DNA from: a virus
Virus record (IMG/VR): IMGVR_UViG_3300045988_143165
Span: 3,410-67,409 of that record
Reading direction: 5' to 3' (one strand)
Length of the DNA stretch: 64,000 nucleotides
In this document: piece after piece, positions 55,287-64,000 of the stretch
Numbering within the stretch: the first letter of the stretch is position 1
Layout of the letters: each line of letters opens with the position of its first letter
Notes under the pieces: model-generated
Databases searched by the model: none
What the model saw: only the letters and a program-made list of their open reading frames with translations
What the model was told of the DNA's origin: nothing
Program-made: the position numbers and the translations under genes

Positions 55287-58200
55287 TTAATCGTTTGTGA
55301 TTTTTTGATGACCCCATAAGATTTTAATATTGCCTTTTTCGTCCTTTCCCTTTGTCATTAACACCTTTAGCATCATTTCGTTAATTCCAAACTTACTATA
55401 TAGGTCATCATCTTCGACTTTTTCATCTTTCATAAAAAGGTTCAATTTTTCTTTACACAGAATCATTTTTAACAGATTTCCTTCTATACTGTTTTCATAA
55501 GTTACAAAATATATTTCCTTCCATTCCGTAGAAGTGAATCTGATAAATCGAAAATAAAACTGACTCATACTTGCATTATTCCAATGCAATTCTGGAATAA
55601 TACACTTATTTACAAAGTCAATATTCATACTGCACGATAATGATTGCTGTGTGCAAATTAAAATACCATTTCTTGTTTTTTTCAGTTCATTACAAATTGA
55701 TATTCTTTTCTTTAATGTCGTGTTATTTCCAGTAATAACAAACAATGGTCTATTCGGATATAATTTCTTAATTGCTGTGGCATAAGAATAAACATTGTCA
55801 ACGTGGCGAACACCTATTACAATTCTTTCATTATTCCACTTTTCAATCATCTCAAATACTTTTTTATATTTACTCGACAATTCAGTTGAAGAATATTCTT
55901 TGAATGTGTGAGGACAAGCACATATTTTAAGCAAAAGAGTTAATTGATTTAAGATTCTCAACATAGCATCTTTTCTGCTGTTTCCTGTTGTCTTAAATAG
56001 ATATTGCATTTTATAAAATTCCTCTATTGCTATTGAATATAGTGCTTCTTCTTCCGGTGTGAATTTACAAGTGACATTTTTGATTTCGTAAATTTTCTTG
56101 CCTGTGACTTCTTCAAATTTCCTTGTGATTATCGTTTTGTCAAGCATTTTTTTTAATGCTTCTGAATTATATATATCTTGTGTCTTTTTAACAACTCCAA
56201 ATACAGTGATTTTATCTGGCAGAAAACATTTGCTGAATAATGAATATCCTTTCTTATATGCTGGGAATGGATTATTATATTGTTCATTAAAATCGGAAAT
56301 AATTTCGCCTTTGGTTTCAGAATCCTTATTTTTATCCACAACATAAACAGTTTCACATTCACACAACATATTAACGCTATTATTGTAAAGCAATTCAAGT
56401 TGAGGGTAAATTTCACAAATATTGTTTCGTGTGCTTGTTCCGGTCATACATACTTTGTATTTAATTTTTCTAAAACAACTTAATACTGCTTTTGTTCTCT
56501 TGCTATTTTGATTTGATATGCTATCACTTTCATCCATTACAAGCATAACTTTTTGAGATTGCATTTTAACAAATTTCTTAATATGTTTTTGTAAAGTATT
56601 GAGTATATCAAGAGTAATTAAAACAATTTGTCCTTTTTTAATCTTCTGAATATCCGAATAACTATTGATTCTTATATAGTCATAATGGTAAGCCTCAAGG
56701 CAATCTTGCCAGTTGTTATTTATCGCGATAGCAGTAGAGACTACAAAAGCATTTCTGATATTGTTGTGTTGGAATCTATAATCCATTTGAACTATGCCGG
56801 CAAAAGTTTTTCCGCTGCCCTGTTCCCACTGCAAGAAAACATATCTTTTCTGCAAAAGTTTATTTATATCTTCTTTTTGCTTTTCCGTCAACTTATAAGT
56901 TTCATTTTTGTTATAATCGTGGATAGAAAAATTATCAAGAAATTTCATTATATCAGAATCTTGTTCCATATCCTTAAATGATACTTCATTACTTTGAAAA
57001 TCTTTAATTTTCTTATCAATAAGTTTTTCATACTTTTTGTTTTCAAATTGATATGAACATTGACCTGAAACAATATCGTTAATAGATACAAATTTTCCAA
57101 AATCTCCATATTGTTTATTCAATAAGATTTTCATTTTACGGCTATATGGTTTTAACTTTAAGCCATAATCAGTTTTTACTAATTCAATCTTATCAATTTC
57201 AACTTTATGTTCAGATTTGATAACTTTTCTTAAATAGGCAAGTACCTTATTAGGCGTGATTTTCCTCTTTTCCCATTCTTCATACTTCATTCCTTCTGGC
57301 ATTTTCTGTGTTTGGTATTTGTAAAGATACTCGCTGCATTTTGCATATTTATCCTGTAAAGCAGGATTTCTCTTAATATCAAACATCATTTTTTTAACTT
57401 TATATTCAAATTGTTTTTGTTCTTGAGTCTTGCCATCGTGTAAATTTTCAAAAAACAACTGATTTTTCAACTTATTTCTCAAAGTGATTGCAGGCTTTAT
57501 ATAATTTTCATAAATGAAATTTGAAGATTCTATATTAAGACAATCAATTACAATGTTTTTCGTGCTAAATTTTACATCTAAAATATGTTCACTTTTCTTT
57601 TGGAAAAACATAATTTTAGTAGAAAAATTAGTAACTCCGAGATTTTTGAATGTATCTGAAGGAATGTCAAACTGACATAATAGATTCCATTCTTTTGAAA
57701 CTTCTTCTATCATTCCTCTATCGGAAAAATCATCCGCCAGAAAACTTGATGGAACTACCAGAGCCATTAAACCACCCGGTTTAATATTCTCTGATGCTTT
57801 AATTGTGTAGTATAGTTGTGAAACATAAGTCGTATCTCCAATTTGCCACTTCAAATTAAATGGCGGATTTCCGACAATAACATCTGCTCTTATTTCAGGA
57901 TTATATACTCTTATATCTGAACACCGGATATTTGCTTTTGGGTATAAATATTTTGCAACCTTATAAGATTTCATATCAATTTCACAACCAAAGAAATTAC
58001 TTTCCTGGGGAACAGAATTTGCAAAAGCTCCGTGACCACAAGTTAAATCCATAATTATATCGAATTTGTCCGGTTTCAAACATTGTATTACAAAATCGGT
58101 AATGGCATACGGTGTAAAAAACTGTCCTTGTTCAAATTCTTTTTTGGCTTCTGAATAATCATAATAATTTTCATAGTTTGAAAATTTTTCTCCACTTAAT

Positions 58201-58349
58201 CCACCGTTTCCGGTGTATGAGCTTGCTATGTCAGTTGCAGTTATTCCGTTTTCTTCCGCTATTCCGTTGTCAATCAAATAAAGAATTTTGTTGTTAATCT
58301 CTGCCCGTTTATCTTGTGGAATTATCAAATTTTCAACAATATATTTCAT
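55287..58349 (-). CDS. N6-adenine DNA methyltransferase fused to an SF2 helicase (DarB-like anti-restriction candidate)
   Basis: N-terminal GQFFTPYAI, DLTCGHGAF and VIVGNPPF (gamma-class N6-MTase). C-terminal helicase motifs WEQGSGKT (I), LVMDESDS (II) and MTGTSTRNN (III). 1020 aa. Confidence 0.75.
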   Translation of the reverse strand: MKYIVENLIIPQDKRAEINNKILYLIDNGIAEENGITATDIASSYTGNGGLSGEKFSNYENYYDYSEAKKEFEQGQFFTPYAITDFVIQCLKPDKFDIIMDLTCGHGAFANSVPQESNFFGCEIDMKSYKVAKYLYPKANIRCSDIRVYNPEIRADVIVGNPPFNLKWQIGDTTYVSQLYYTIKASENIKPGGLMALVVPSSFLADDFSDRGMIEEVSKEWNLLCQFDIPSDTFKNLGVTNFSTKIMFFQKKSEHILDVKFSTKNIVIDCLNIESSNFIYENYIKPAITLRNKLKNQLFFENLHDGKTQEQKQFEYKVKKMMFDIKRNPALQDKYAKCSEYLYKYQTQKMPEGMKYEEWEKRKITPNKVLAYLRKVIKSEHKVEIDKIELVKTDYGLKLKPYSRKMKILLNKQYGDFGKFVSINDIVSGQCSYQFENKKYEKLIDKKIKDFQSNEVSFKDMEQDSDIMKFLDNFSIHDYNKNETYKLTEKQKEDINKLLQKRYVFLQWEQGSGKTFAGIVQMDYRFQHNNIRNAFVVSTAIAINNNWQDCLEAYHYDYIRINSYSDIQKIKKGQIVLITLDILNTLQKHIKKFVKMQSQKVMLVMDESDSISNQNSKRTKAVLSCFRKIKYKVCMTGTSTRNNICEIYPQLELLYNNSVNMLCECETVYVVDKNKDSETKGEIISDFNEQYNNPFPAYKKGYSLFSKCFLPDKITVFGVVKKTQDIYNSEALKKMLDKTIITRKFEEVTGKKIYEIKNVTCKFTPEEEALYSIAIEEFYKMQYLFKTTGNSRKDAMLRILNQLTLLLKICACPHTFKEYSSTELSSKYKKVFEMIEKWNNERIVIGVRHVDNVYSYATAIKKLYPNRPLFVITGNNTTLKKRISICNELKKTRNGILICTQQSLSCSMNIDFVNKCIIPELHWNNASMSQFYFRFIRFTSTEWKEIYFVTYENSIEGNLLKMILCKEKLNLFMKDEKVEDDDLYSKFGINEMMLKVLMTKGKDEKGNIKILWGHQKITND

Positions 58350-58350
58350 T

Positions 58351-59121
58351 TTAATTTCCTGCTTTCAGTTTTTCTATTTCTTCATCGGTCATTTCAATAT
58401 ATCCAAGATATTTCTTTGCAAATTCTAATGCAAATTCAGCAGACAAAAACTTAACTGATATACTTCCATTCTTAAATTCTTGAATAGAATCTATCTTATT
58501 ATGTTTTAATGTCGAACATACTTCTGTTTCGTTGTTATCGTAGAAGTAAAGAAGCGGTTTTTGGTCTGTGATTGAGTGTTGGAATTTAATAGCTCTTCCT
58601 TTAACTGAATAATTCCATTTTTCACACCATTTATTCCATTCTTGCCGTTTGATGTCGTTCTTCTCCATAGCTTGTTTAATTGCACATTCTGTAAATGTCA
58701 ATCCTTCTAATCTTCCGAAAATATATTCATCCAAAACTTCCTCTATTGTGATAACATCTAAACTTAAATCTTTATGATATGTAGTTCCATCAAATTTGTT
58801 ATTGCAGGATAAATTCAAGTGATATTTTCGATTAAAATATCCGACAATTTTACTTATAAAGGATGACTTCAAAGATATTAGTTTATTTCTTAAATCATTT
58901 ATTCCACAATCGCAATATTCCCAGATAAAGCCGCTATATTTTCCGCCATCAAATTGATTTTGCCTATCAAAAGCATTTTTGACACTGTTATAAGCCGTTG
59001 AATATGCGTTGTACGCATTCAAAAACATTTCTTCTTCAATCTTACAATGTTCCATATCTTCCGCCGGTAATCTCTTTGAATTATCTACTTTTATATCTGT
59101 AAATTTATCTAATAAATTCAT
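58351..59121 (-). CDS. hypothetical protein (paralog of 59126..60157)
   Basis: C-terminal KNGSISVKFLSAEFALEF resembles KNGKWEVKFISEEEAQKF of the adjacent gene. Confidence 0.4.
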   Translation of the reverse strand: MNLLDKFTDIKVDNSKRLPAEDMEHCKIEEEMFLNAYNAYSTAYNSVKNAFDRQNQFDGGKYSGFIWEYCDCGINDLRNKLISLKSSFISKIVGYFNRKYHLNLSCNNKFDGTTYHKDLSLDVITIEEVLDEYIFGRLEGLTFTECAIKQAMEKNDIKRQEWNKWCEKWNYSVKGRAIKFQHSITDQKPLLYFYDNNETEVCSTLKHNKIDSIQEFKNGSISVKFLSAEFALEFAKKYLGYIEMTDEEIEKLKAGN

Positions 59122-59125
59122 ATTA

Positions 59126-60157
59126 TTAAGCCTCCAATTTGCAGTACATATCGAAGAATTTCTGTGCTTCTTCCTCTGAAATAAACTTTACTTCCCACTT
59201 TCCGTTTTTATAAAATTTGAATGATTCAACCTTATTTCCGTATGCGGAATGCAAGCCGTAAATACCATCTGTTTCTTGTTTATTGTAATAAATGAATGAG
59301 TAATACCAGCTATCATAAATGGAAATGTTATTTTCTCCGCTATCAAAGAATGATAAGGCTCTCATTATTGCCCTAAATGCTGAATTATCTGTGCTTGCTT
59401 CATATTTTTTCCATATACTGCTAAAATGACTATCAAAACCTGTTTCGATTGAAATTTTATTCTTTTTTAATTCAGCATAACCATATTTTCTATATTGATT
59501 AAAACAAGCAGACTTGCAAGAATCAATGATTTCTTTCTTAACTTTGTCAACAAAAGAATATCCGTCTAATTGGACGAAAATATCATCAATGATAGTATTA
59601 AAATCAATTTTTGCTGTAATAACTTTATCTCTGTATTTATCCAGAGATTTTTCATATTCTCTGTTTCTTTCTTTGATTTTATCAATTTCTTCATTGGTTA
59701 GGTTGCGATAGCCCCAATAATTACCATCAACTTGCTTTGGCTTTTCAATTCCGAGTATTTCATCAACAGATTTTACATTTAATTCTACGCCGTATTTTTC
59801 AATAAAATAATCAACAATAGTTGTGATAAAAATTTTGTGAACTCCAGATATTATTTCTGCAAAATCTTCTTTATTTATTGATAAAAAATGATAATCGTAT
59901 TTTTTATAAGAATATCCGTTTTTAGTAAAAGTATTTTCCATCTCAATTTTTTCAAATTGTGATTGTTCTTTTTGCAGTACCTTTAGCAAGTCACCATAAA
60001 TATTTTGATAATTTTTGAGAACTTTAAGATATAATTTTTGGTTAGATTCACAAAATGCAAGGTCATCTTTTGCAATTCTTGTATCGTTTTTAATTTCAAT
60101 ATTTTCAAATTTACTTAATGTGCATTTTTCCATTTCGTTCATCCTCTTTTTATCCAA
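59126..60157 (-). CDS. hypothetical protein (paralog of 58351..59121)
   Basis: 343-aa ORF with a C-terminus related to that of its neighbour. Confidence 0.4.
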   Translation of the reverse strand: MDKKRMNEMEKCTLSKFENIEIKNDTRIAKDDLAFCESNQKLYLKVLKNYQNIYGDLLKVLQKEQSQFEKIEMENTFTKNGYSYKKYDYHFLSINKEDFAEIISGVHKIFITTIVDYFIEKYGVELNVKSVDEILGIEKPKQVDGNYWGYRNLTNEEIDKIKERNREYEKSLDKYRDKVITAKIDFNTIIDDIFVQLDGYSFVDKVKKEIIDSCKSACFNQYRKYGYAELKKNKISIETGFDSHFSSIWKKYEASTDNSAFRAIMRALSFFDSGENNISIYDSWYYSFIYYNKQETDGIYGLHSAYGNKVESFKFYKNGKWEVKFISEEEAQKFFDMYCKLEA

Positions 60158-60175
60158 TCAATAAGATTTTCAACT

Positions 60176-60397
60176 TTACTGCTTATCATTATGACATACG
60201 ATAAACGGCTTAAATTTTCCAACATCATTTGTATCGCCACGACCTGCGGCTACCTTGTTTGCATATGCGACAGCCTGCTCTCCTTGCAATGCGGAAAAGT
60301 AACTTTCCTTGCAGATGTTCGGATTGTAATTGTATGAGCAGAACATTCCAGTGCCGCCGTGGTTATGACCCAGACCGTCAGCAACGTGCCGGTACAT
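60176..60397 (-). CDS. hypothetical protein
   Basis: ORF. An 18-codon ORF with RBS overlaps its start in another frame. Confidence 0.3.
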   Translation of the reverse strand: MYRHVADGLGHNHGGTGMFCSYNYNPNICKESYFSALQGEQAVAYANKVAAGRGDTNDVGKFKPFIVCHNDKQ

Positions 60398-60448
60398 AAC
60401 TTTCGTGCCACTTAATCCAAGTTTTAATTTTCATAGCAATTTCCTCTC

Positions 60449-60667
60449 TTACTTATCAAGTCTTTTCTTCTCTTTGAACTGTCTGCCGGTTGTGTATGAG
60501 TCATATAGTTCATCAACCACCGCAACGGTTATATGATTTCCATTTGCTTTTTCTGTTTCTCTTGCTTGTGTCACCGCTTCTTCGAGAGAACAAGCACAGC
60601 ACCATTGTATATGTGTTCCTTCAACAACTCCGTTTTCATCTTTATCTACTTGAAGTAGCATATACAT
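60449..60667 (-). CDS. hypothetical protein
   Basis: ORF. Confidence 0.3.
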   Translation of the reverse strand: MYMLLQVDKDENGVVEGTHIQWCCACSLEEAVTQARETEKANGNHITVAVVDELYDSYTTGRQFKEKKRLDK

Positions 60668-60669
60668 TG

Positions 60670-61095
60670 TTAGATACCTCTCTTAATCCAGTTGGCAAGA
60701 TTCTGAACTCTGCCCTCTATCATATAGTAGCCGTCTCTGCTTTCATCGCAGATGGAGACTTGTGTGTGGTCGTTGCCGTTGTCCTTGTAGTAGACCATCA
60801 GTGCCGTGTCGCTCTGGATTTCAACCTTGTAGTTACATAGTCTCAATACCGAAGCAGCATCTTCGATACTGCCGATAATCACGAACTTCGGACTATAAAG
60901 AGTGCCAGCATTGCGAACATAATATCTCTTGCGGTTAAAGGTGATATACTGCTTTGCTCCGTCATCCTGAATTTTGCAGGTCTTTCGGCACTCACCATCA
61001 GAGATAACCAAATCACCATAAGGTTGGATTCTTTTATTTTCATAATATGGAATGGTGTAGTTTTTTAATGCTTCAATCTTAATCATTTTATACAT
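60670..61095 (-). CDS. hypothetical protein
   Basis: ORF. Confidence 0.35.
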   Translation of the reverse strand: MYKMIKIEALKNYTIPYYENKRIQPYGDLVISDGECRKTCKIQDDGAKQYITFNRKRYYVRNAGTLYSPKFVIIGSIEDAASVLRLCNYKVEIQSDTALMVYYKDNGNDHTQVSICDESRDGYYMIEGRVQNLANWIKRGI

Positions 61096-61108
61096 CTTAT
61101 TTTACTCC

Positions 61109-61519
61109 TTACTTTATAAAAATGTAGGCACCGCCATCATAGTAATTAAAATCGAAATGGTAATTTTCCTTTAACCATTGGTGGAAACTATCATCATAAT
61201 ATGTGACTTGTTTTATAGGCTTTATGAATGTCAATAATTCAATAAAGCAACCTCTTACACCGTCAATAGTTGATTCTGAAATTACTTCTAATTTTCCCTT
61301 AAAACTGGAACATACGGCTAAAAACTGTGTCCTACAAATATTCGGATTTGTTTTGCTTTCCGTTCTCTTTACAACTACAACGGAATATTTGCCATTGCCA
61401 CCCATAAAAGCATTATAAAATTTACGTGCGTTATGTTTTCTTTCTGCTTTTGATATTCTCATATTATAAACTCCTATCAATAGTAATATCTCTTTACTTA
61501 AATAATCTTGATGAGTCAA
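61109..61519 (-). CDS. hypothetical protein
   Basis: ORF. Confidence 0.35.
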   Translation of the reverse strand: MTHQDYLSKEILLLIGVYNMRISKAERKHNARKFYNAFMGGNGKYSVVVVKRTESKTNPNICRTQFLAVCSSFKGKLEVISESTIDGVRGCFIELLTFIKPIKQVTYYDDSFHQWLKENYHFDFNYYDGGAYIFIK

Positions 61520-61763
61520 AAAGTATTAGCTTTTTACTGTTAGTTTCTCTTGCAGCTGTAAAATGAAAAGCGCTTCTTGCAATTCCTGATAAGAACTTAT
61601 CATCTCCGAGAATAACCCTTGCTTCTTTATGGCTTATTCTTTTGTTATCAAGTGTATAGTTTGTCTTTGTTACAGCCTTGTCTATTTGTATTATGTCGGA
61701 ATTACTGTAATTCAATGTTTTAAGAACTTTTATGTCTTGTTCTGATAAATTTCTGATTGCCAT
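61494..61763 (-). CDS. hypothetical protein
   Basis: ORF. Confidence 0.3.
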   Translation of the reverse strand: MAIRNLSEQDIKVLKTLNYSNSDIIQIDKAVTKTNYTLDNKRISHKEARVILGDDKFLSGIARSAFHFTAARETNSKKLILFDSSRLFK

Positions 61764-61800
61764 ATTTAGCCCTCCATATATGTGTTTCCCTTACTTGTTT

Positions 61801-62307
61801 TTAGTATTCAAGTTTTAACTTACCGTGGCAGCATCCGCAACGGTAACGGTCTGTATTAGTTATCAATTTGCTCATCTTTGTTCTTGTGTAGATGTGTCCG
61901 CAGTCAAGGCATACAACCTTATGATTGATTTCTCTTTGTTTCACGGGAGGTCTTGTTTCTTCAAGCACACCCTTGTCGGTTGCTGAATTTGTCCTTTTGA
62001 TATTATAACCATAAGCTCTATTAACTTTTTGTGCTAATCGCTTCCAGTTATTGCCGTGATTCATACAGCCTTTGCAACTATGCAGCAACTCGTGATGAAT
62101 TGTCTCCTTGAGTCCTTTTACATCGTTTCTCTCATCAAGCAATACATTACTAATGTTTATCGAATATCCGCCTGGAACAGCCTTGCATTGCCCCCATCTT
62201 TTCTTTGCTCTTGTATTTACTGTGAACTCAATAATATTTCCATACTCAATTCCGATATTATCAAGCTCTGTCATACATTCTATTGCATACGCTGTTAAAT
62301 CTCTCAT
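61801..62307 (-). CDS. SprT-like zinc metalloprotease
   Basis: HEXXH (IHHELLHSC) plus a C-terminal zinc ribbon CLDCGH...CGCCHG. Confidence 0.55.
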   Translation of the reverse strand: MRDLTAYAIECMTELDNIGIEYGNIIEFTVNTRAKKRWGQCKAVPGGYSINISNVLLDERNDVKGLKETIHHELLHSCKGCMNHGNNWKRLAQKVNRAYGYNIKRTNSATDKGVLEETRPPVKQREINHKVVCLDCGHIYTRTKMSKLITNTDRYRCGCCHGKLKLEY

Positions 62308-62312
62308 TGTGT

Positions 62313-62564
62313 TTATCTCCTTTTACCGTGTATGCTTAATTTATCAATATAATATCTATATTCTGATGATTCATAATAATATGGGCTAAACTGCTTTGGA
62401 TTGTCGCCACGACTTTCAATAAACTTCTGTGCCTTTTCAAGTTTGAAAAATGCTTCGTCTAAATTTCTTGAACCCCATTCATCTCGTGCCTGTACTCTGA
62501 CTACATAAATCTTTGTAACTTTCATTTTGTTTTTACTCCTATTCTTTGTGATGTAGTAAATCAT
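62313..62564 (-). CDS. hypothetical protein
   Basis: ORF immediately downstream of promoter P7. Confidence 0.35.
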   Translation of the reverse strand: MIYYITKNRSKNKMKVTKIYVVRVQARDEWGSRNLDEAFFKLEKAQKFIESRGDNPKQFSPYYYESSEYRYYIDKLSIHGKRR

Positions 62565-62635
62565 TTACTATACACATTGTAACATAGGTTTAACCATTTG
62601 TCAAGCGTTTTTCTCAAAATTATTTCTAACTTTTT
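62550..62635 (-). promoter_or_regulatory. consensus promoter plus palindromic operator (P7)
   Basis: Minus sense: TTAGAAATAATTTTGAGAAAAACGC, TTGACA, 17 nt, TACAAT, then TAGTAAATGATTTACTA. Confidence 0.55.
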
Positions 62636-62664
62636 AAGAAAAATCCTGTTGCCAGGAATTTTCT

Positions 62665-62895
62665 TTAATTATGTTCTTTTTGTCTTTTAATGTCTGCTCT
62701 GATTAACTCTTTAAGATAACCGGATTTATTTTTTTGACTTTCAAGCTGCTCAATAATATCCGTCTCGTGTGAGAACACTCGCAAGCCATATGTCTTGCTG
62801 GGATGTGTCTCGTGGTATCGTGCCTGATTTGCATAGCCGTTTTTTCTGTTATATTCTTTGTTATAATCAAGTTTTTTCTGACTGCTCTTTGGCAT
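62665..62895 (-). CDS. hypothetical small basic protein
   Basis: ORF. Confidence 0.3.
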   Translation of the reverse strand: MPKSSQKKLDYNKEYNRKNGYANQARYHETHPSKTYGLRVFSHETDIIEQLESQKNKSGYLKELIRADIKRQKEHN

Positions 62896-63215
62896 ATAAA
62901 GCTCCTTCTTATTTGAATTTTTTTAATTTTTTAAGATATTTTTTCCTTGCCTTTTGATTTGGTAAGCTCTGAATATATTTTAGGTGTTGTTCCATATCCT
63001 CAATAGGAGGATTAGCCGGCTGTGCTGCCTTTATAATGCTATATACAGCCCATACAAGCAATATCAATATTGTAACTAATAGATACACTGTATCACGCTC
63101 CTACCTGTAATGTCGGAGAATTTTCCGGCATTCTCTTTTTGATTTACCCATCATCTGGTCTGTCGTATGTTCCGATTGTGATTTGTTTCTCGGCATATCA
63201 TATCACCTCTTATAT

Positions 63216-63250
63216 ATTATAACATAGGTTTATACTATTGTCAATAACTT
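63216..63250 (-). promoter_or_regulatory. consensus promoter (P8)
   Basis: Minus sense: TTGACA, 17 nt, TATAAT. Confidence 0.45.
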
Positions 63251-63764
63251 AATCCTCAAATTCTCGGTCAAGACAAAAATCGTAACGCTCTATAATATCA
63301 TCCGTGTATGTTGTGTTAGGATTATAAACAAGATAGGTTAATATAATTGTTCCGTCATAGGTCTGAAAATCAATACCGTTATAACTAATATAATCGTAAC
63401 CGTTAATGGCATTTAATATTTTGCCGTCTCCCTGTCTCTCGGCATTTGTAACAATACCGATTGCACGCTCTACAATAATCCCGTTGCCCTCTATGCGGCT
63501 TGCTAACAGATTTTCCGTTATATCCCTTGTATCGTATATATCTATGTTATTATATCCTTTATCGTGCAATTCCAGGACGAAGGAATCCTCAATACCGTAA
63601 TAGTCATTGACCGTGTGATATGTTCCGTTAATCGAAAACTGATTGCCTGTGAATACTGTTGTGCTGATGGTCTCCGGCTCAACTTTCGCTGGTGCTGTAT
63701 CTGTGCAAGCCGTGATACTTAATGCAATTACAAGTGCTAAAATAAATGCGATTATCTTTTTCAT
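63249..63764 (-). CDS. lipoprotein, hypothetical
   Basis: Signal peptide with lipobox SITAC. Confidence 0.45.
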   Translation of the reverse strand: MKKIIAFILALVIALSITACTDTAPAKVEPETISTTVFTGNQFSINGTYHTVNDYYGIEDSFVLELHDKGYNNIDIYDTRDITENLLASRIEGNGIIVERAIGIVTNAERQGDGKILNAINGYDYISYNGIDFQTYDGTIILTYLVYNPNTTYTDDIIERYDFCLDREFED

Positions 63765-63781
63765 AGTTTACTCTCCTTTTG

Positions 63782-64000
63782 TTAAAAATATGCTTTGAAA
63801 TAATGAACATTTCCAAAATGGTCAATGCTTTTAAGTCTTACATAATTTTTTGTTACACGGTCAATAGAGAATTTTTCAAATAGATTTAATTTATTTAATC
63901 CGTTCATTAAATCCTCTGCTGTTTCCGAATCTTCCACAACATCACAAATAGCCATAACAGAACAGTTATTGCCATAATATAGATTGCCTAATGCACAAGG
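63782..64000 (-). CDS. hypothetical protein, 3' portion (start beyond the window edge)
   Basis: The frame is open from the window edge to TAA at 63782-63784. Confidence 0.35.
   Translation of the reverse strand, partial: PCALGNLYYGNNCSVMAICDVVEDSETAEDLMNGLNKLNLFEKFSIDRVTKNYVRLKSIDHFGNVHYFKAYF

Overview
AT-rich (~33% GC) segment that looks like a temperate phage or prophage of a Firmicutes-type host (strong AAGGAG-type RBS, sigma-A consensus promoters). Nearly all genes are on the minus strand. The window opens with a plus-strand XRE/ImmA regulatory module and also carries a tyrosine integrase. Recognisable content includes NAD-dependent DNA ligase, SAM synthetase, three DNA methyltransferases (one fused to an SF2 helicase), a PurA/PurZ-family adenylosuccinate synthetase, an unusually complete NAD+ salvage set (NAMPT, Prs, PncA, NadE, NMNAT), a flotillin, LemA/vWA membrane genes, a Thg1-like enzyme, PTH2 and an NrnA-like phosphoesterase. 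There are 12 canonical minus-strand tRNA genes plus one atypical 94-nt one. The most unusual region is inside the tRNA clusters: a tandem family of small structured RNAs shares a conserved bipartite motif (GGCUG...UCAUCCUUCUA) and covarying clamp helices. Two members carry a permuted tRNA-like module whose acceptor stem is closed by a loop, which resembles the tRNA-like domain of bacterial Y RNAs. They flank a 749-aa uncharacterised ORF. Three genes need a -1 shift at a short homopolymer (C5, G5, T6) to read through conserved motifs, and one phosphoesterase gene is interrupted by an in-frame TAG created by a 6-bp insertion. About nine near-identical consensus promoter/operator units precede the minus-strand operons.
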